A stretch of DNA of 64,000 bases from Laetmonice hystrix (GCA_965235115.1 OZ249436.1:48238001-48302000); one strand, 5' to 3'; positions 1-14,963 are shown, numbered from the stretch's first letter. The notes: generated from the sequence alone by a model not told the origin. Program-made: numbers and translations.

Positions 1-1999
1 TTTATAGGCAGTATCATCATGGAGAGAATGACAAGTAAGGGTGGGATTGAAATCAGAGAGTTCCGACGACCTCGGAGAGTTTCACCTAGCGGGATTTTCT
101 GACACTACCTGATCTACCATGTCAGCATTATTTGTCAGCGTCATTAAATGGCACGGGGTGAAGGGGCGGTGTGGGAAACTACCCTTATTACCCTTAATCA
201 GCTTCAGTTTACACCGCCACCCCCTGAACAAGTATCTCGTATTTCACATTTCATCAGGTATTTTTGTTTTTAATAAATATTGCTGCGTCATCATTTTCTC
301 GATGGGGTCAGGACAACTGAATATACTGCACACTATGTCTGTGACAGTCAACTTATGGCCATAGTAACAGTACCTTTTGCGCTTTATTCTATACTCGTTG
401 CTAGGACCCTTTGGCTTGATATCAGAGCAACCAACGACGAGGGGGGGATTAGGCTACACTCGCAATACTCGGGCCTAATGCCCCGTACGTGTGGGTAATA
501 GACCCCATTTATAAAACATTATTTGCTCTATTTTCTTTGTTCTATTTTCTATTTTTTTCCAATAAATTTGCTGTGGTTTTATTGACAGCGACGTGTTTTT
601 CTCAATAGTCTAGGCTTCACTTTCACTGTATATTCCAGAAATCAGAAATCTGAAAGAATCAAAAAGTGTGGGGGCTCATTCCCCCCTTGCACATTTTACC
701 TGCAGATTAACACAGTGAAATTAAGCACAAATCAGCTGTGGCTTTTTCAGAATTTTTTTCGATCAAGACGTCGCTAGTTTCCTACAATCCCAGTCCGAGC
801 CGGGACTAACATCTCTAAAATACGAGTGCACAGCCTGTGATTATTATTATTATACAAACCTACAGTTCAGTAGCAGCGCGATGGGACAGCCAATGTTCTT
901 TCGGTTTGCTCGCCCATAAATACAGATGGCAGTACAAGTATGATCACATTGGACTATTCATTCCATTTGTTGACCTTTCGACTGAGTGTGGCTCGCCTCT
1001 ACCAGACAGAGACCGTCAACTGTACTTCAGAGGGTCATGTCACCCGCTACATCAGACCATCAACAGCACTGCCTGTGTATGGATGTAATCGTACTGGCAG
1101 GCCACAGTCACTTACCCCACATCATCTACTACTCCAGTTCACTCTCATAGTAGTACTCAGTGTAATAATCAACCACATTTAACAACCCCTCCTTCAAACC
1201 TCTTCTCAAAGGTTTCAGCAGCTCAACTCAAATATTAGTTAACTTAAAATCATGTTAGAAGCCGAGATATAGGATTGACTTGCGATTATTCTTTTCTTTC
1301 ATTAATTATTTTTTTCTGTCAGTGGGAGAATCCTGTGAAGAATTCCAGCTGATTTAAGATCATTATAAAATGGCATTACGATATTACAACTTGTCTATTC
1401 AAACATGACTACCAGATGTTTCAATAGGTAAGGCCAGCCTTATACTATTGACTGATCTTATCATACGTAGAATCTGCTTCATGTAAAAACTAGAATTCAA
1501 TTATAAAACGTAGATACTGTTAAATTTAAGGAAATATTTCTGTGACGAGAACAGCGAGGATTCTTCCTGTTCTGACAGCACCCTTTGGATGGTTAGCCCA
1601 TATCGTCTCTTCACGGTATCGCTGGACGATATCAGCACAATAGGGGCTGGGGGGGGGGGGGGGGGGTACTAAATGTATCTATGCAAACAGCTCCATCAAT
1701 ATTTCCCATTAAAACAAGTATCTGTAATACATCCTAATCAGCTATAGGAATAAAATGTTTCTGATCTTTCTATCAGAGAAAATCAAAATGGTATTCAGGA
1801 CACGGCTAACATGATTTTGTTCTTTTCCCGGCATTTTCTCCGTGTATTACCAGATTATGTAGCGTTTATCAGCTTACCACAGCCTTATCCCAATTACCTG
1901 ATCTGTGATAATCTTCTGGGCTAGTTATTCTACTGGCTGTCTATTAACTTGGTGTTTCCCCATCGTAAAGTATCGCCAATTTTGTGGGTAACCCCTACA

Positions 2000-2160
2000 A
2001 ATCTATTCCTTACCCTAACCCTAACCTAACCCCTAATTTAGTCCCCACATACCCCCTATTCCTGGCCATAAAAGTAAAAACTACCCCTATTCCTGCCCCT
2101 AAAAACTATCCCTACTTTTGCCCCTAAAAACTATCCCTATCCTGCCCCTAAACTAAGCCA
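2000..2160. repeat. CCCTAA-rich short repeat with aaaactatccctattcctgcccct subrepeats (probable rolling-circle element remnant)
   Basis: accctaaccctaacctaacccctaa followed by 3-4 copies of a unit of about 25 bp. Confidence 0.45.
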
Positions 2161-2585
2161 AATCTCTACCGCTTTCGTGGAAATGCTACTATGGATAATT
2201 GGGGAATACCCGCAAACTGGAATCTGAACAAGGGTAACATTTTGGCGTTGTATGGGTATGGTTGGCCGTAGGTATAAAAAATAAAAAAGACATGATTCAA
2301 GGTATTGGAATATAACAGTGACATGTTAGAAACCTTATTGATGTCTACATCAAATAAACCAGAGGATGGTTTGATCTGTGGTGACAGGATACCTTTGAAC
2401 ACCCATTCTCATGCTTTCTTCATTCTTGTTCATTCCGGTCAACCATAACACAATTAGCCAGCCTGGCGGACCTGTGGACGAGGGCAACCAATGGAGGCCT
2501 CATGATGCACCATTTACATAATACCGTGAAATTACCAAAAGATGAATGTTGTTAAGCCATTTATCAATAAATCTCCTAAACTTAC

Positions 2586-2636
2586 CTTTTCACCTATCCT
2601 ATCCATGTTGTCTAGGAAGTACTTTACCGAGTCCCC
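2586..2636 (-). CDS. GNA12/13: G-alpha 12/13 coding exon 2 (51 nt, GDSVKYFLDNMDRIGEK)
   Basis: Reverse complement reads cag|GGG GAC TCG GTA AAG TAC TTC CTA GAC AAC ATG GAT AGG ATA GGT GAA AAG|gtaag. It continues REFQL in phase 0 and matches the G12/13 motif G(E/D)SVKYFLDN. It is not in the ORF track. No further exon was found in 1-2585. Confidence 0.92.
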
Positions 2637-2929
2637 CTGCAAAAAACAGGAAAAGTGAAACTAATTATCACAACATATACTGAGTTAGTTATAAACAAAC
2701 TGTCGTGACTCATTGGCAGCTACTATCTTCTACAATACTATACATACAAAATTATATTAGTAGAGGATTGGATGATTTATCATACTGATCTACCCCATCA
2801 ATCATCCGTTTTATCGTCAACTCAATCTCTCTGTAAACAGAACCTCACCTACCAATCCGACACGACACTAAAATTCTGCTCATTTCTGCACCTCATTCAC
2901 ACTCAAGATACCACTGCTAACACCCCTGC

Positions 2930-3060
2930 TCCCGACTGGGCTATTAAAGGTCTCTGTATACGTAAGTACCCTCAAGAACCCTTGCCACTTGTCAGTAAAA
3001 GTAGGGCGTTGTCCCGGTGTGCGAGTTTCTCATGTATCATCTCCTCACCATCATCAGATA
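2930..3060 (+). mobile_element. Degenerate SINE fragment related to the 23900-24088 copy
   Basis: aaaagtagggcgttgtcccggtgtgcgagtttctcatgtatcatctc resembles aagagtaggggttcgccctggtgtgtgggtttcttcatatcatctc. Confidence 0.5.
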
Positions 3061-4579
3061 GAAACAATGAAGACAGCATTTGTTTGATCACCACCACACA
3101 GCACAGCACATTATGACACATGTCAGTCCTCATCCTACGCTTTACTTTTTTTCTTCCATTTACGGTGTCTTTTGCGAGATACCGTTTGAGAAATTGTCTC
3201 TGGTTAGTCTCGGCAGTCGAAGATATCACTAAGACAAGATGCAGAAACCCCAGGTTTTTAAATGCGCGTAGACGGGGCCACTTTAATCAAACCGACCCTA
3301 GTGGTAAACCTCATTATAGCCTGCAATCAATACTAACCATATAATTGCCTCCATTATTGTGACTGCTTTGATGATGGCCTTTCAAAATCAAAAGAGAAAA
3401 CACACCACTTGCGGACATTCAACACTTTCCAAGCGCTAAGAAAAACGACTCGAGGTGGTTGGGCCGTTTAGGAGATTCTGGACTTGCATTTAGTAAGTAC
3501 AAATGTGTAGTCATTCCACTGATTTGGTGTTTTACCGTTACACACTTGTGTTTCAATGACTGGGCTCCAACCTGTTGTCAGGGGACGTTGTCGGTGAAGG
3601 TGGCTACAGTTATTATAGAATCATTCAATCTCTAACAACATGTGCTAAAAATAGAAGCACGAGGGTTTTTTCTCCCATAAAAATTTAAAAAAACAAGACA
3701 AAAAACTTCGCTCTTCCCCGAGTTTAAATTGTAAAATGTTCTCCAGAATATTAAATTCTAACCAGGCAGACTGCATGCAGCCATGTGTAGTGAAACTCTC
3801 AGTAACTACAGCACGAGGTAACTGAAGCTACAGGTGATTTTTTATATCATCTCATTGACTGTCAGGCTCTATGTCCTGCTGAATTTGGAAAGACGGCTAT
3901 TTCGGGTGAAATGTGCAATGACATGACATCCTACGACCTCCTGAAAAACATAAAATGAGAGTTTCTGTCCTATATATAGACGTTTGTAATTGTGAGCGGC
4001 AGTCGGCGAGCCGGGATGCTGATGACTGGATCATACTGAGTATCCATGAGAACGTTAACAACCTGACGATCTGTGCATCCTCATGGCAACCGGACCACGA
4101 ATTTAGCTGGTTACCAACTGAAAACCTATCATTATTCCTGGTACAAAATCTAATCCTGGCCCCTACTCCCCGACCCTAGACTCCCCCCCCCCCCCAAAGA
4201 CCAGACAATCAGAAGCGTTAAGCTTTAAGCTTTTAAAAGCAACATCTTAAGAACCAGATCGAGATAGCCCTTCTCGAATGAGCGCGACTTTTGCCACACA
4301 GACATGTCGTCCCTCCTAGCTTTCAATCGACGACGTAATGGTTTTCTTCATTGTTTTCCTGATAAATTCCTGCCCCTTGTAATGTACGACTCTCATGGGC
4401 GGACCAATTATTTATTACTTGATACAGGACTACCTGTGAGATTAGATGATTATCTGTCCTATAATCTGTTATCAGAGAAGCGTGGCGGGAGAGATCAAAA
4501 GACCGCCTCACAATAATGGAATGTGTATTATGACCTAACAATGTGTATTGTGACATAACAGTACAACTGTCAGTTTCTA

Positions 4580-5180
4580 CGATCGTGAGGAATACTGATT
4601 GGATGAACACAGGATACTGGGTCAAGACTGGGATGGAAGTATGATACTGAATGGGGCAGGAAGGGGATAAATGAAGGATATTAACTGGATCAAGATTTAG
4701 GACACTGACGGGATCATGATGTACGACACTAAATGGATCAAAACATGCACAGATAAAGTACTACTACTAACTGGATCAAGATATTACTGACAGGATCAAA
4801 ACAGAAGAGGGGTCGGAAGGAATAGATAAACGATACCGTACTGACTGAATGAAAGAACTGACTGAGGATACTAGAAAAATTACAAGAGCTCACATTAATA
4901 GGCTTGTAATAAGTATACCGGTACACTATCATTGATAGAGGACATGAGTACATAAATACATGAGAACCTAATGAACACAGAAACTGTGGACCGCAGGCTG
5001 ATGGCAGGAAATGACCTTGGGTAGTGGATGGGTAACTGATATGGGTACGAAGTGAAACTAGAGACTGAATGAGGATAACATACACTGAACATACTGAAGT
5101 CACAGTTTGTAAGTGGTGGAAGGGTTATAGGATATTGACTCAATGACTCACAATAACTCAATGATCAATGCAGGATATTA
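4580..5180. repeat. Highly degenerate tandem repeat (GATACTGACTGGAT-like motif)
   Basis: Recurrent ggatactga/actggat motifs at irregular spacing of about 30 bp, purine-rich on the plus strand. Confidence 0.5.
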
Positions 5181-7129
5181 AATGATCATAAGAAGTCAAG
5201 TTTACTTCTTCAACATCTTGTTCCAATCCCAATGATTATCTAAATCTATACATTATTTATTTCTTCCTTATCATGAGACAGAGTGAGCACTGATGACAGC
5301 ATGTCCTAATACTACCCTGAACTAATAGCATCGTGTTCTAGACCTCCCAGGCACGTGCACCAATATCACCTTCACACACAAAACGCTGTTCATCTCAAAT
5401 TGACTCATGGTTTCATCAAATTTCTCCTTTAAAAAAAATGACCCTTATTTATCGTTGGCCTTGGCCAATCAACCAGCCTATGTGGCATTTGAAGCTGAGT
5501 ACTGTGGCGGCGTATGGATGCAACAGGATCATGCTGGAACGCTACCCCTGCATATATAGGTGACCTACATCTGCAAACGTACACAATCATTGCCAACGCT
5601 GTCTTCATCCTACGACACAGGAGGACAATGGACCTCTTGCCGCTAAAAGAAAGAAGACACTAGCGTGTACCGAAAAGTGAAAAAAAACTTCTTATGTCCG
5701 CGATAGATCATAAAATTCTGTTGGGGAGACCTGATCTGAAAACTTCCTCTGTTTGGTTATCTGGATAATTTAGATAGACTAGGTTATCTCAGACAGTACT
5801 TTATTTAGTCAACTATCACTGAATGTCATTGTTTAAATACTGGTACTATGACAGTAATTAAATAAATACCGCTGAGAAACAACATTTTGCACTACAAGAC
5901 AGTTGCTACAAATATATAACAATATTTCAGTTTAATACTCCCAAAATCACCCCCCCCTTACAAAAACCACAATAAAGCAATATTTGTATCATTGTAGTTT
6001 TATACCTAGTTTTACCAAGATGAACAATCTATCTGTCTCACAGTGACTTTTTGTCAAAGTATGACTGGGAAATTTATGGGGTTACCTGTAGAAAAATTAC
6101 CGTCTTCAGTCGTCTATAATTATGTCTCCTCCAAATATGCCTGCCATGGGCGCATTCTATAACTTAGACCCTCGGTTGAGCTGATGTGGCTTTTAGCTTT
6201 AAAGTCTTTTTTCCCCCAGTTTCTTCTATGGATCAGGTTATGAATTACATACTTAGTAATTTCAGACCATCCTCAACTTGAAGGAAGTAAAGTTATCCAG
6301 AATCCCAACAAATTCCTGTCCCCAATATGTGGAAATCCCTCTTGCATTGTCATGGCAACATCTAAGAATCCAAATCATAAAAGAAACGGACAGAAATACC
6401 GACATCTACGGGGAATATGAGATGTTCTTTGAGAAGTTATAAAATGGAACTGAGGAACTGAACACCAGTCATTGATATACATGTATCTCCATTACACCAT
6501 ACTGGCACGCCCCTTGTGTCTAGATGTAGCACCACGCCCAGCGGCACCCACAGACAGGTAAAGTACCCACCCAGTCAAAATATACTCTAACTTCAAAAAA
6601 ATCTACATGTCTCTTCTCTGTACACATGTAACGGATTGATCATGAACAATTTATAATTAATAATTTAATACATTTGCAACCCTCTTTCAGCGAGTATGAA
6701 CATTCTGAGCCTTTAATACAGCCTTTCCAAGAGAAACCTCGCAATATATAGCTCTGTCTGCTGAGGTTCACCAATCTAAAGCCCCCCCCCCCCCCCACCA
6801 ACCGGTCCACCAGTCCATCAATGTCAAATATGCTAATTTCATTCCACAAATCTTACAAAAGAACGTCTGGGCCAGTGTAGTTTTTACTGACCAGAGAGCG
6901 TCGTCCCGACGACATGGCGGCTAACAAAGCAATCGAGTTTCAGCAAGGCTAGTTTAGGCAGCGAACGGATCGCCTTAGCTTTACCAACGTAATATAATCG
7001 CAAGGCACCGAGAAATACATTAGCAGGGATGAGGATCTCGGATATCTTAATCTACAGTCGGCGGGAAGACAATGGTTTGATGAGGGAATTCCATGGAGAC
7101 TGTTCCATGTTTCAGGCGGCGGAGCAGGG

Positions 7130-7208
7130 GGGTGGGGTGGGGGTGGGGGGGGGGCTGTGGGGGGCTGTGGGGGGCTGTGGGGGGCTGTGGGGGGCTGTGG
7201 GGGGCTGC
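7130..7208. repeat. G-rich (GGGGGGCTGT)n simple repeat
   Basis: Five to six tandem 10-mers follow a GGGGT/poly-G tract. Confidence 0.9.
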
Positions 7209-9108
7209 AGCATACTGTCAATGTACAGTTCTAAGTTACGAGCAAAAAGATCCTGTCAGCCCTATAGAATAGACCGTCGATTTACTGCTGTAAATACGAA
7301 ACTGTGGTTACTGGGTGTGCTCCTTGCTGTGGGAGATCTGACTAATGGTGTGCAATGTGCATGAACCAAAGGCTGGATAGTGTAAGTGTGTCGGCTCCCA
7401 CAGTCAGCCCCCCCCCCCCCCCTCTTACCCCCACCTCAGTCCTCCCCTGTCTTCCTTCCTTCTAGGGGCCTCAAAACAGGGCCATCTGTCCCTGGCACCC
7501 AGGCCGTCTGCATCTCAACTCGATCTTTCAAATGGATCTTGCCATTAGCACTGCGAAGTAACTGCCATTTGCACCGCTGAACGTAAGGAACAAACTTCAA
7601 AGGGATGGGGTCTCTGAAAACGACATCCGAAAATGGAAGTGGAAATTAAGGTAGCAAAGGCTGCCCGATGGGCCAATAATCAAAAAGTCAGTTTTGTAAA
7701 TTAATCAATATATAAGAGAATTTAATGGCCTCTGTTCAACGGTAGAATGTTGTCTGTACATTTATTTCATAATCTGTACGATTATTAATCCATAACTACA
7801 ACAAAAATCGTTAAAACAGGAAGCAGAAATGAATTTACTAAGAAGCAGACAGGTACGGTTTACAGCTATATGAAATAACGTGCCGAACACCACAAATGTC
7901 AACTTCTCTTAGACCCTAGAGAACGAAACATCAATGAAAGTTTTCTTTGATTCTTTAGCATCCACATAGTTCCCACAACTGCCGCTGGGGGCGGTAGAGG
8001 GCCAGCCTATCTGTAATTCCCACTACTGCCAATACCAGTACCACGTTATGTCAGTAACGGGCTTGACCTCGCAGGAGAAACTTCTAAAAAAGAAAACCAC
8101 TGAGAAGTAGATAAGACCAGAGTGTACCACTTGGCTCACACACTACCCCTGCCAGTGCCACTAGCCAATGATGCAGCTCTTCCCTCCACACTTCGAGAAT
8201 ATCTTTTACTGAACGAGCCCTACTTGGAAGTTTATAACGCTTGCATCATGTGTGGAATATAATAACAAATCATGTCTTTCGATTAACTGTTCTTTACTTT
8301 ACAGACTTTCTTGGTAAATAATACATCTATAACACATGCCAACAACATGCCACCCACAAAACCACAAATAGCAATCATAGCCCTCATGTCTTGGAATATG
8401 TTGGCATATTTATTTGGTATAGTCATAACGTAGAAAAAGGGAATGGAAAATAAATATTCAACATTACCTATAGCACTAACCAAACAACTTTGCCAACATA
8501 CATTTTTGTATTCCTAATGTTTATGTTTGACATCAGCTGTACGTGTTACGCACTGGGTTAGTTGATGGACACATTTTTTATAAAATATTATATTTTTGAA
8601 GTACCCTGTATATTCTTTATGTCTCCCACAAAGAAACTATACACTCTCTTGGCACATTACCAACACCATGTATTGCCTTTACCGTATACAGCACCCGACC
8701 TATCAGCTAGAGCAAAACGTCTTCACCACCGATTAATAGTGCGGAGAATCACAGTGTATACACACCAGTACGTCTATGCCCCAAAAATATTTATAAAAAC
8801 TGTCAGTCCCTCTAAATCTAATATATTTTCGCTTCTGTGTTGATTTACATGGGGCTTTCCATTGAAATATTTTTTGCATGCAAGAAGACATTAAATATGA
8901 TTATAAAAGTTTAGCCAATTCTACTCCCTTAGTTAATCCTAGTCAACATGATGCTGGACAATACCTTATCGGTTTGAGGTCACACCAAACGTCAGATCAC
9001 ATCATGGCAACGGAGGCAGAGCGCAGGTACATTCCAACAGGGACATGCAGTTTTAATTCAAGGCTCCACAAAGCCTGCTGGAGTAAGCTGCCATTCAGCT
9101 GGTCCCAC

Positions 9109-9321
9109 ATCTCAGGTCAGGAAAGCTAGATGTTGATCTCAGATCAGGAAAGCGGACCCCAATCTCAGATCAGGAAAGCTGGACCCCAATCTCAGATCAG
9201 TAAGGCTAGACCTGAACCTCAGGTCAGGAAAGCTAGTGCCCAATATTAGATCAGGAAAGATGGACCCCAATCACAGGTCGGGAAAGCTAGTCTCCAATCG
9301 CAGGTCGGGAAAGCTAGTCTC
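9109..9321. repeat. 27-bp degenerate minisatellite, 8 copies
   Basis: Unit approximately atctcagrtcaggaaagctrgacccca. Confidence 0.85.
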
Positions 9322-11997
9322 CTGGGATCTACTGTAGAGTTGAATCTCCAGTTTCTACGAGTGCCAGGGGATAAAAAATACTACTGGTGTGCTTTTCATG
9401 ATAAAGGTCCTTGGCTTTACTTCATACTGTATGCACCTAGAGTTCTTCCCACAGTACATCTTACAGTATTACAGTAAAGATATTTAAAAATGAGTCAAAA
9501 ATATTTTACAGACTGGGAGATATTTACAAAGACAACTGAGACACTTGTTTTCGAAAGAGTCATGCTGTAGTAATGGACAGACAGGCCAATCCATCTACTT
9601 AATCTAGCTTTGCCGGCCGGTATGGGGATCATAGACGGAGGTTAGGAGATAGGTCCTCCACATTTTGTCGGGAGTACCATCTGGAGATGAAAGCTGCAGT
9701 AGTTCTAGTGTACCGTTGACTGCCTGGTACTCTAGTCTGGTATATTTGAGAATGTGTTTGTGTGGTTTTATTGAGATCATCAAACTTTGATTGACTATTT
9801 CTAACATACTGGTAATTAAAATGTCTAACACATAATTTTCCTTTAATTTGGCTTCAGAAGTCAAGCACCAGTAACCCCAGGTGAGATCATTAACGCCAAA
9901 CTACATCTAAAGTGCTACCAAAACAAAAGCTATCTCTACTGTCAAAGCCCATCAAAACAAACCTGAGAGCCTCAGGGTTTCCTGGAATATTTCACCCGGG
10001 GGGGCCTAGTGGTCGGGATTCTGATCAAATTAAGCCCAAGAACTTTTGGGGGTAAGTGATTTTATTTTGAACGTGGAGTCTCCCCCAAAAAAGACGGGCC
10101 TACCGGAAACCCTGAGGGTATAACTTGGCCTCAGACCTGCTCCTAAGTATTAGCGTCAGACGCAGTACTTTCCTCCGACCGACCATCCACCCCACCCCTA
10201 ACTCCCCCCGACTGATGGACTATCTAAGAGACCACACTGTACACCGGGCCATGCTGTAGAGCCACACCTTATAGAAGTTACACCTCTTACGCCGCTACTT
10301 CAGCTTAAGGCAGTACGATATGCAAAAGGCCTCAACTGGGCAACAGCCTCACTCAGAATCGACATCATCAGGAGCGATTCCAAAAGCGTCGGGTTAATGA
10401 GGAGCTGGTAAAGTCTGTAATACTTTGGTCATGTACTTACCATCACGCCCGCCTGGACCTAGACAATACGGCGGAAAATGCAAGTAGTTATAATTCCTTT
10501 TTAAACATCCACCAAAAGAGAACAATGGGTTTTAGGGAAGGGTTCAAGTTTAAAAGACTTTCACCACAGGATTTTTAAAAAGCATTAGAAATAGGATACA
10601 TTGTAGAGAAATATTTAAAGCATCAACTTGCCTGAAACTCTCAGGCTGCTTGGTGGAATAGTTTTTCCATATTTGATTAAATGACGCAAAATACAGGTTT
10701 TTATACGTGGGGGTTTTAAGTGAAATCAGAGAAAAACCATCAATCAAATATTAAATTGCTTAAAAACGATAAATTGCTAAGTCATATATTTTGCTTGGGA
10801 GCTGGCAAAAGGCAATTCAACGTTTTATCCATCTACTTATATCTTGAGCTGTGATTAAAACCTCGATATGTAATTAATGTTCACTGCAATCAAAAGTCAA
10901 TTCAGTGTTTTTAACAAACTAAGGAACCAGCCGCTTTGTGTAGATGCTAATACATCAGAGGAATGAACTCCTGATCCGCTCTCTCTGGCTAGACGGTAAT
11001 CGGGATAGAGTGTGTTTCTCTAACGCCTAGCTGACTCTGGATAAATGGTTTCTTGAGCTAATACACTACACTAGCCGTAATTACCAGTCAGACCGATTGT
11101 AGATTGAAAAGGTAAAACACTGCTGACGATGAGACAGAACGGCACTTGTTTACAATTCCTGTTTCTGTGTGTTGAACAGCAATAAAAGGAGAATTGGGAT
11201 AAGGAATCTACTCTTCCGACTCTATGTAGGTTGGTTTCCGACATGATTTGCAAGGAGCATGTTTATACTGTCTATAAGCTGGAGGGCGAGGGAGGACGGA
11301 CTGTGGTGGAGTGTATTGAAGAACGGGAGGCTCGGGGAACTGTGACAATATTGACATCAATCATTACATGTCAAAGGTTCAAAATACGTTGACAGAGCCC
11401 CTGGCTGACAGCAGAGCGCCGGTCCGGACAAGCCAATACTTGGGAGAATTGGGAGCAACATAACAATAAACAGTTTATGATCCATTCCCTCTAAAACACA
11501 CCCTGTCACTCACGTCCACTGATACTGTGTGATAGAGTTGGCCATGACCTTGCTGGTGAAACCAATCTATCAATGGTTTAAAACTTAACAAGCTTTAACC
11601 TGGTCCTGACTAATAACAACCAGTAAAGCTGTGCTCAGAATCCATCTAGACTTTACAGTGATTATGATTTGGCTATGTACTCTGGTTTTACTTCAGATCG
11701 CATAAATCCTGATGTATTCTAGTATTTACTTGTTATTTATTACGGCAGTCTCTCTGCTAGCCGAACTACAATCATAATGCCCTCATAGCCTATTTGCTTG
11801 GCAAGTCCGGTAGCTAATGTCACAACACCCAGGCCAGCTCTCACGAATAATCACAAACTCAGCCATGCCAGCTTGATACAGACAGACATTTAATAACACT
11901 ATTCCCTGACTCAAACTGGCTGGTTTAAAATAATATCACTAAAATACTAGCCGTATGCTCCTCGTCCCATGAGAAACTCAAGGTGGCAAGGATTAGA

Positions 11998-13079
11998 GTG
12001 AGTGAGTGAGTAGTGGTGGTTTTCCGCCGTGCCGGCATCTGGGGCCATCTTCACGGCGAAAACAGGGTTAAAAAGACCATGAAATGAAAGGAACCTATTT
12101 TATCCCGGGCCCCAACGGGAATATCATTAAAACACACTCCATCCTGTCAGCCCAACCGGGCCATCGACGAGCCTGAACTATAAAAGAGTCAGAAGTCCAG
12201 CTTCTGACAAAAACTCTAAAATCACTCCTGGTCTGACATTGTTAAAAAGATCCTTAAGACTTGTCTCACTATAAAACCGTTGTCTGATCAGAGTAAAATC
12301 ACCACACTCAAGTAAAAGATGCTTCAGTGTCAAAGGACACTGACAGCCATGACACTCTGGAGGTGGCTCCCCCTTGAATAAAAACACGTGGGTTAATCTA
12401 GAATGACCAATCCTGCATCGAGTATAAACAATTTCATGCCTACGTTGGGTTAGGCTGTGAAGACACCTTTGGTTCACGACAGGACTGATCTGGTACAATT
12501 TATTGTTTGGTTGTTCATCCCATTCAGCCTGCCATTTGTTCTTAATGTATGCCCAGATGGTAGGTCTGAGGTCAGAGGCTGGGATTGGACACAGTTCGAC
12601 GTCTGTTTCAAGAGCCCTCTTGGCAGTTCTGTCAGCTTGCTCATTGCCTGGGATACCAACATGCCCAGGCACCCAGCAAAAGTGAATATCAAAGTTTGCA
12701 CTGGCAAGCACTGCCAACTTGGACAAGATTTGAACGATCACCGGGTGATCTGTGTTCAAGTTAGCAAGTGCTTGCAGACAGGATAAGGAATCCGAGAAAA
12801 TAAGGAAATCCTTTTCACTAGAAACTTCAATATTTTCAAGGGCAAGAAGCAGGGCCCGGGCCTCTGCTGAGAAGATGGAACTTTGCCCTGAGATGCGGGT
12901 GCCGAAGTTGTGCTTGCCATGAACTGCAGCCGCAGACACATCACTGCCATCCTTTGAGCCATCTGTATAGAAGGCATAATGTGAGGGGTACCTTGCCTGG
13001 ACGCCAAGAAAATGTTCAAAATATGTCAGGGGATGAGTCTCTGACTTCTTCAGTTGAGCCAACTGAAGGATGACGTCAG
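11998..13079 (-). mobile_element. 5'-truncated non-LTR retrotransposon (I group, Nimb/Ingi-like): RNase H, CCHC knuckle, 3' UTR and (ACTC)n tail
   Basis: ORF 12178-13062 has RNase H motifs YTDGSK / AEARA / FSDSLS / WVPGHVGIPGNEQAD and a C-terminal CHGC...HLLLEC. The 13-bp TSD GGCAAGGATTAGA occurs at 11985-11997 and 13080-13092. Confidence 0.92.
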
Positions 13080-13828
13080 GGCAAGGATTAGAACAGTGCT
13101 CCTGAGATATTTAAAAAAGACCTTACATTAGAGATGGGACAAGCCAAGCTGCATTAAAATTTAAATACCTCCATTTTACAGGGTTACTCGGGAGGGGGAT
13201 CTGTACTTTTCAGCTTTGCTTTTAAAACAACAAAATGGGGCGCTACCCAAATATTTTGAAGTGATAGCCTGGGATTCTGCAAAGCTGCCACTTGCGACCT
13301 TGTGTTTCTCCGAGACGATTTCTCTGACCCTAATATCGACATTCTGACATGATTGCTGAAACCTTGAAAACGAGCTAGCCCTGTACAGAGGAGAGATCGT
13401 TAATCCCAGATTTTGTCCAAAAAATATTTCCTGACCATTCTTATCTTAAAGTGAAACTAAACGGGCAAATAATACTAAAATCACCATTCTTAAAACACAT
13501 TTTTATGAGGACTTAACTATAGAATGCTGCCACTAACTGCTTCATTTTGGTATATCTCCTTGCAAAATTTACAGGCAAAATCAGTTTTTTGAATTGAAAA
13601 TGACGATCGTCTTTTATTCGGTTTGTTTTGGCTATAATTTCATTTCGCAGTAGGTCTGGTGACTCGATCACCCCATCTGTATTTCTAAACCGTCTCAGGA
13701 ACCTATCAGAAGGAATTATTGATAACACACTGAAAACTGCTTCGTCTGCGACTGAATTCCTAAAATAGATCTGTACCAATACAGGTGGATACGTCAGACG
13801 TGTTTGATGTACTTGAGTGATATAAATA

Positions 13829-14963
13829 ATAGAAACCTGCACTACCATGAGACCAAGGACCCCATCAGGTGAGGAGGCCGCACTGATGGCCAAACCATTA
13901 CAAGGCTCTAACCCTGTAATTAGATCCTTACCCACCCGCCTGATAGAAACCTGCACTACCATGAGACCAAGGACCCCATCAGGTGAGGAGGCCGCACTGA
14001 TGGCCAAACCATTACAAGGCTCTAACCCTGTAATTAGATCCTTACCCACCCGCCTGATAGAAACCTGCACTACCATGAGACCAAGGACCCCATCAGGTGA
14101 GGAGGCCGCACTGATGGCCAAACCATTACAAGGCTCTAACCCTGTAATTAGATCCTGATCCACCCGCCTGACAGAAACCTGCACTACCATGAGACCAAGG
14201 ACCCCATCAGGTGAGGAGGCCACACTGATGGCCAAACCATTACAAGGCTCTAACCCTGTAATTAGATCCTTACCCGCCCGCCTGACAGAAACCTGCACTA
14301 CCATGAGACCAAGGACCCCATCAGGTGAGGAGGCCACACTGATGGCCAAACTATTACAAGGCTCTAACCCTGTAATTAGATCCTGACCCGCCCGCCTGAC
14401 AGAAACCTGCACTACCATGAGACCAAGGACCCCATCAGGTGAGGAGGCCGCACTGATGGCCAAACCATTACAAGGCTCTAACCCTGTAATTAGATCCTTA
14501 CCCGCCCGCCTGATAGAAACCTGCACTACCATGAGACCAAGGACCCCATCAGGTGAGGAGGCCGCACTGATGGCCAAACCATTACAAGGCTCTAACCCTG
14601 TAATTAGATCCTTACCCGCCCGCCTGATAGAAACCTGCACTACCATGAGACCAAGGACCCCATCAGGTGAGGAGGCCACACTAATGGCCAAACCATTACA
14701 AGGCTCTAACCCTGTAATTAGATCCTTACCCGCCCGCCTGATAGAAACCTGCACTACCATGAGACCAAGGACCCCATCAGGTGAGGAGGCCACACTAATG
14801 GCCAAACCATTACAAGGCTCTAACCCTGTAATTAGATCCTTACCCGCCCGCCTGATAGAAACCTGCACTACCATGAGACCAAGGACCCCATCAGGTGAGG
14901 AGGCCACACTAATGGCCAAACCATTACAAGGCTCTAACCCTGTAATTAGATCCTTACCCACCC
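13829..14963. repeat. 114-bp minisatellite, about 10 near-identical copies
   Basis: Unit atagaaacctgcactaccatgagaccaagg...tagatccttacccrcccgcctg repeats with period 114, giving 38-aa periodic ORFs. Confidence 0.97.

Noticed and set aside
2011..2036. Telomeric (CCCTAA)n
   Set aside because: Only 3-4 imperfect units inside an interspersed repeat; not a telomere.
8121..8262. SOCS-box-like peptide (LPLP...LPSTLREYLLL) antisense within the G-alpha intron
   Set aside because: There is an in-frame stop just upstream, no BC-box motif, and no convincing splice sites.
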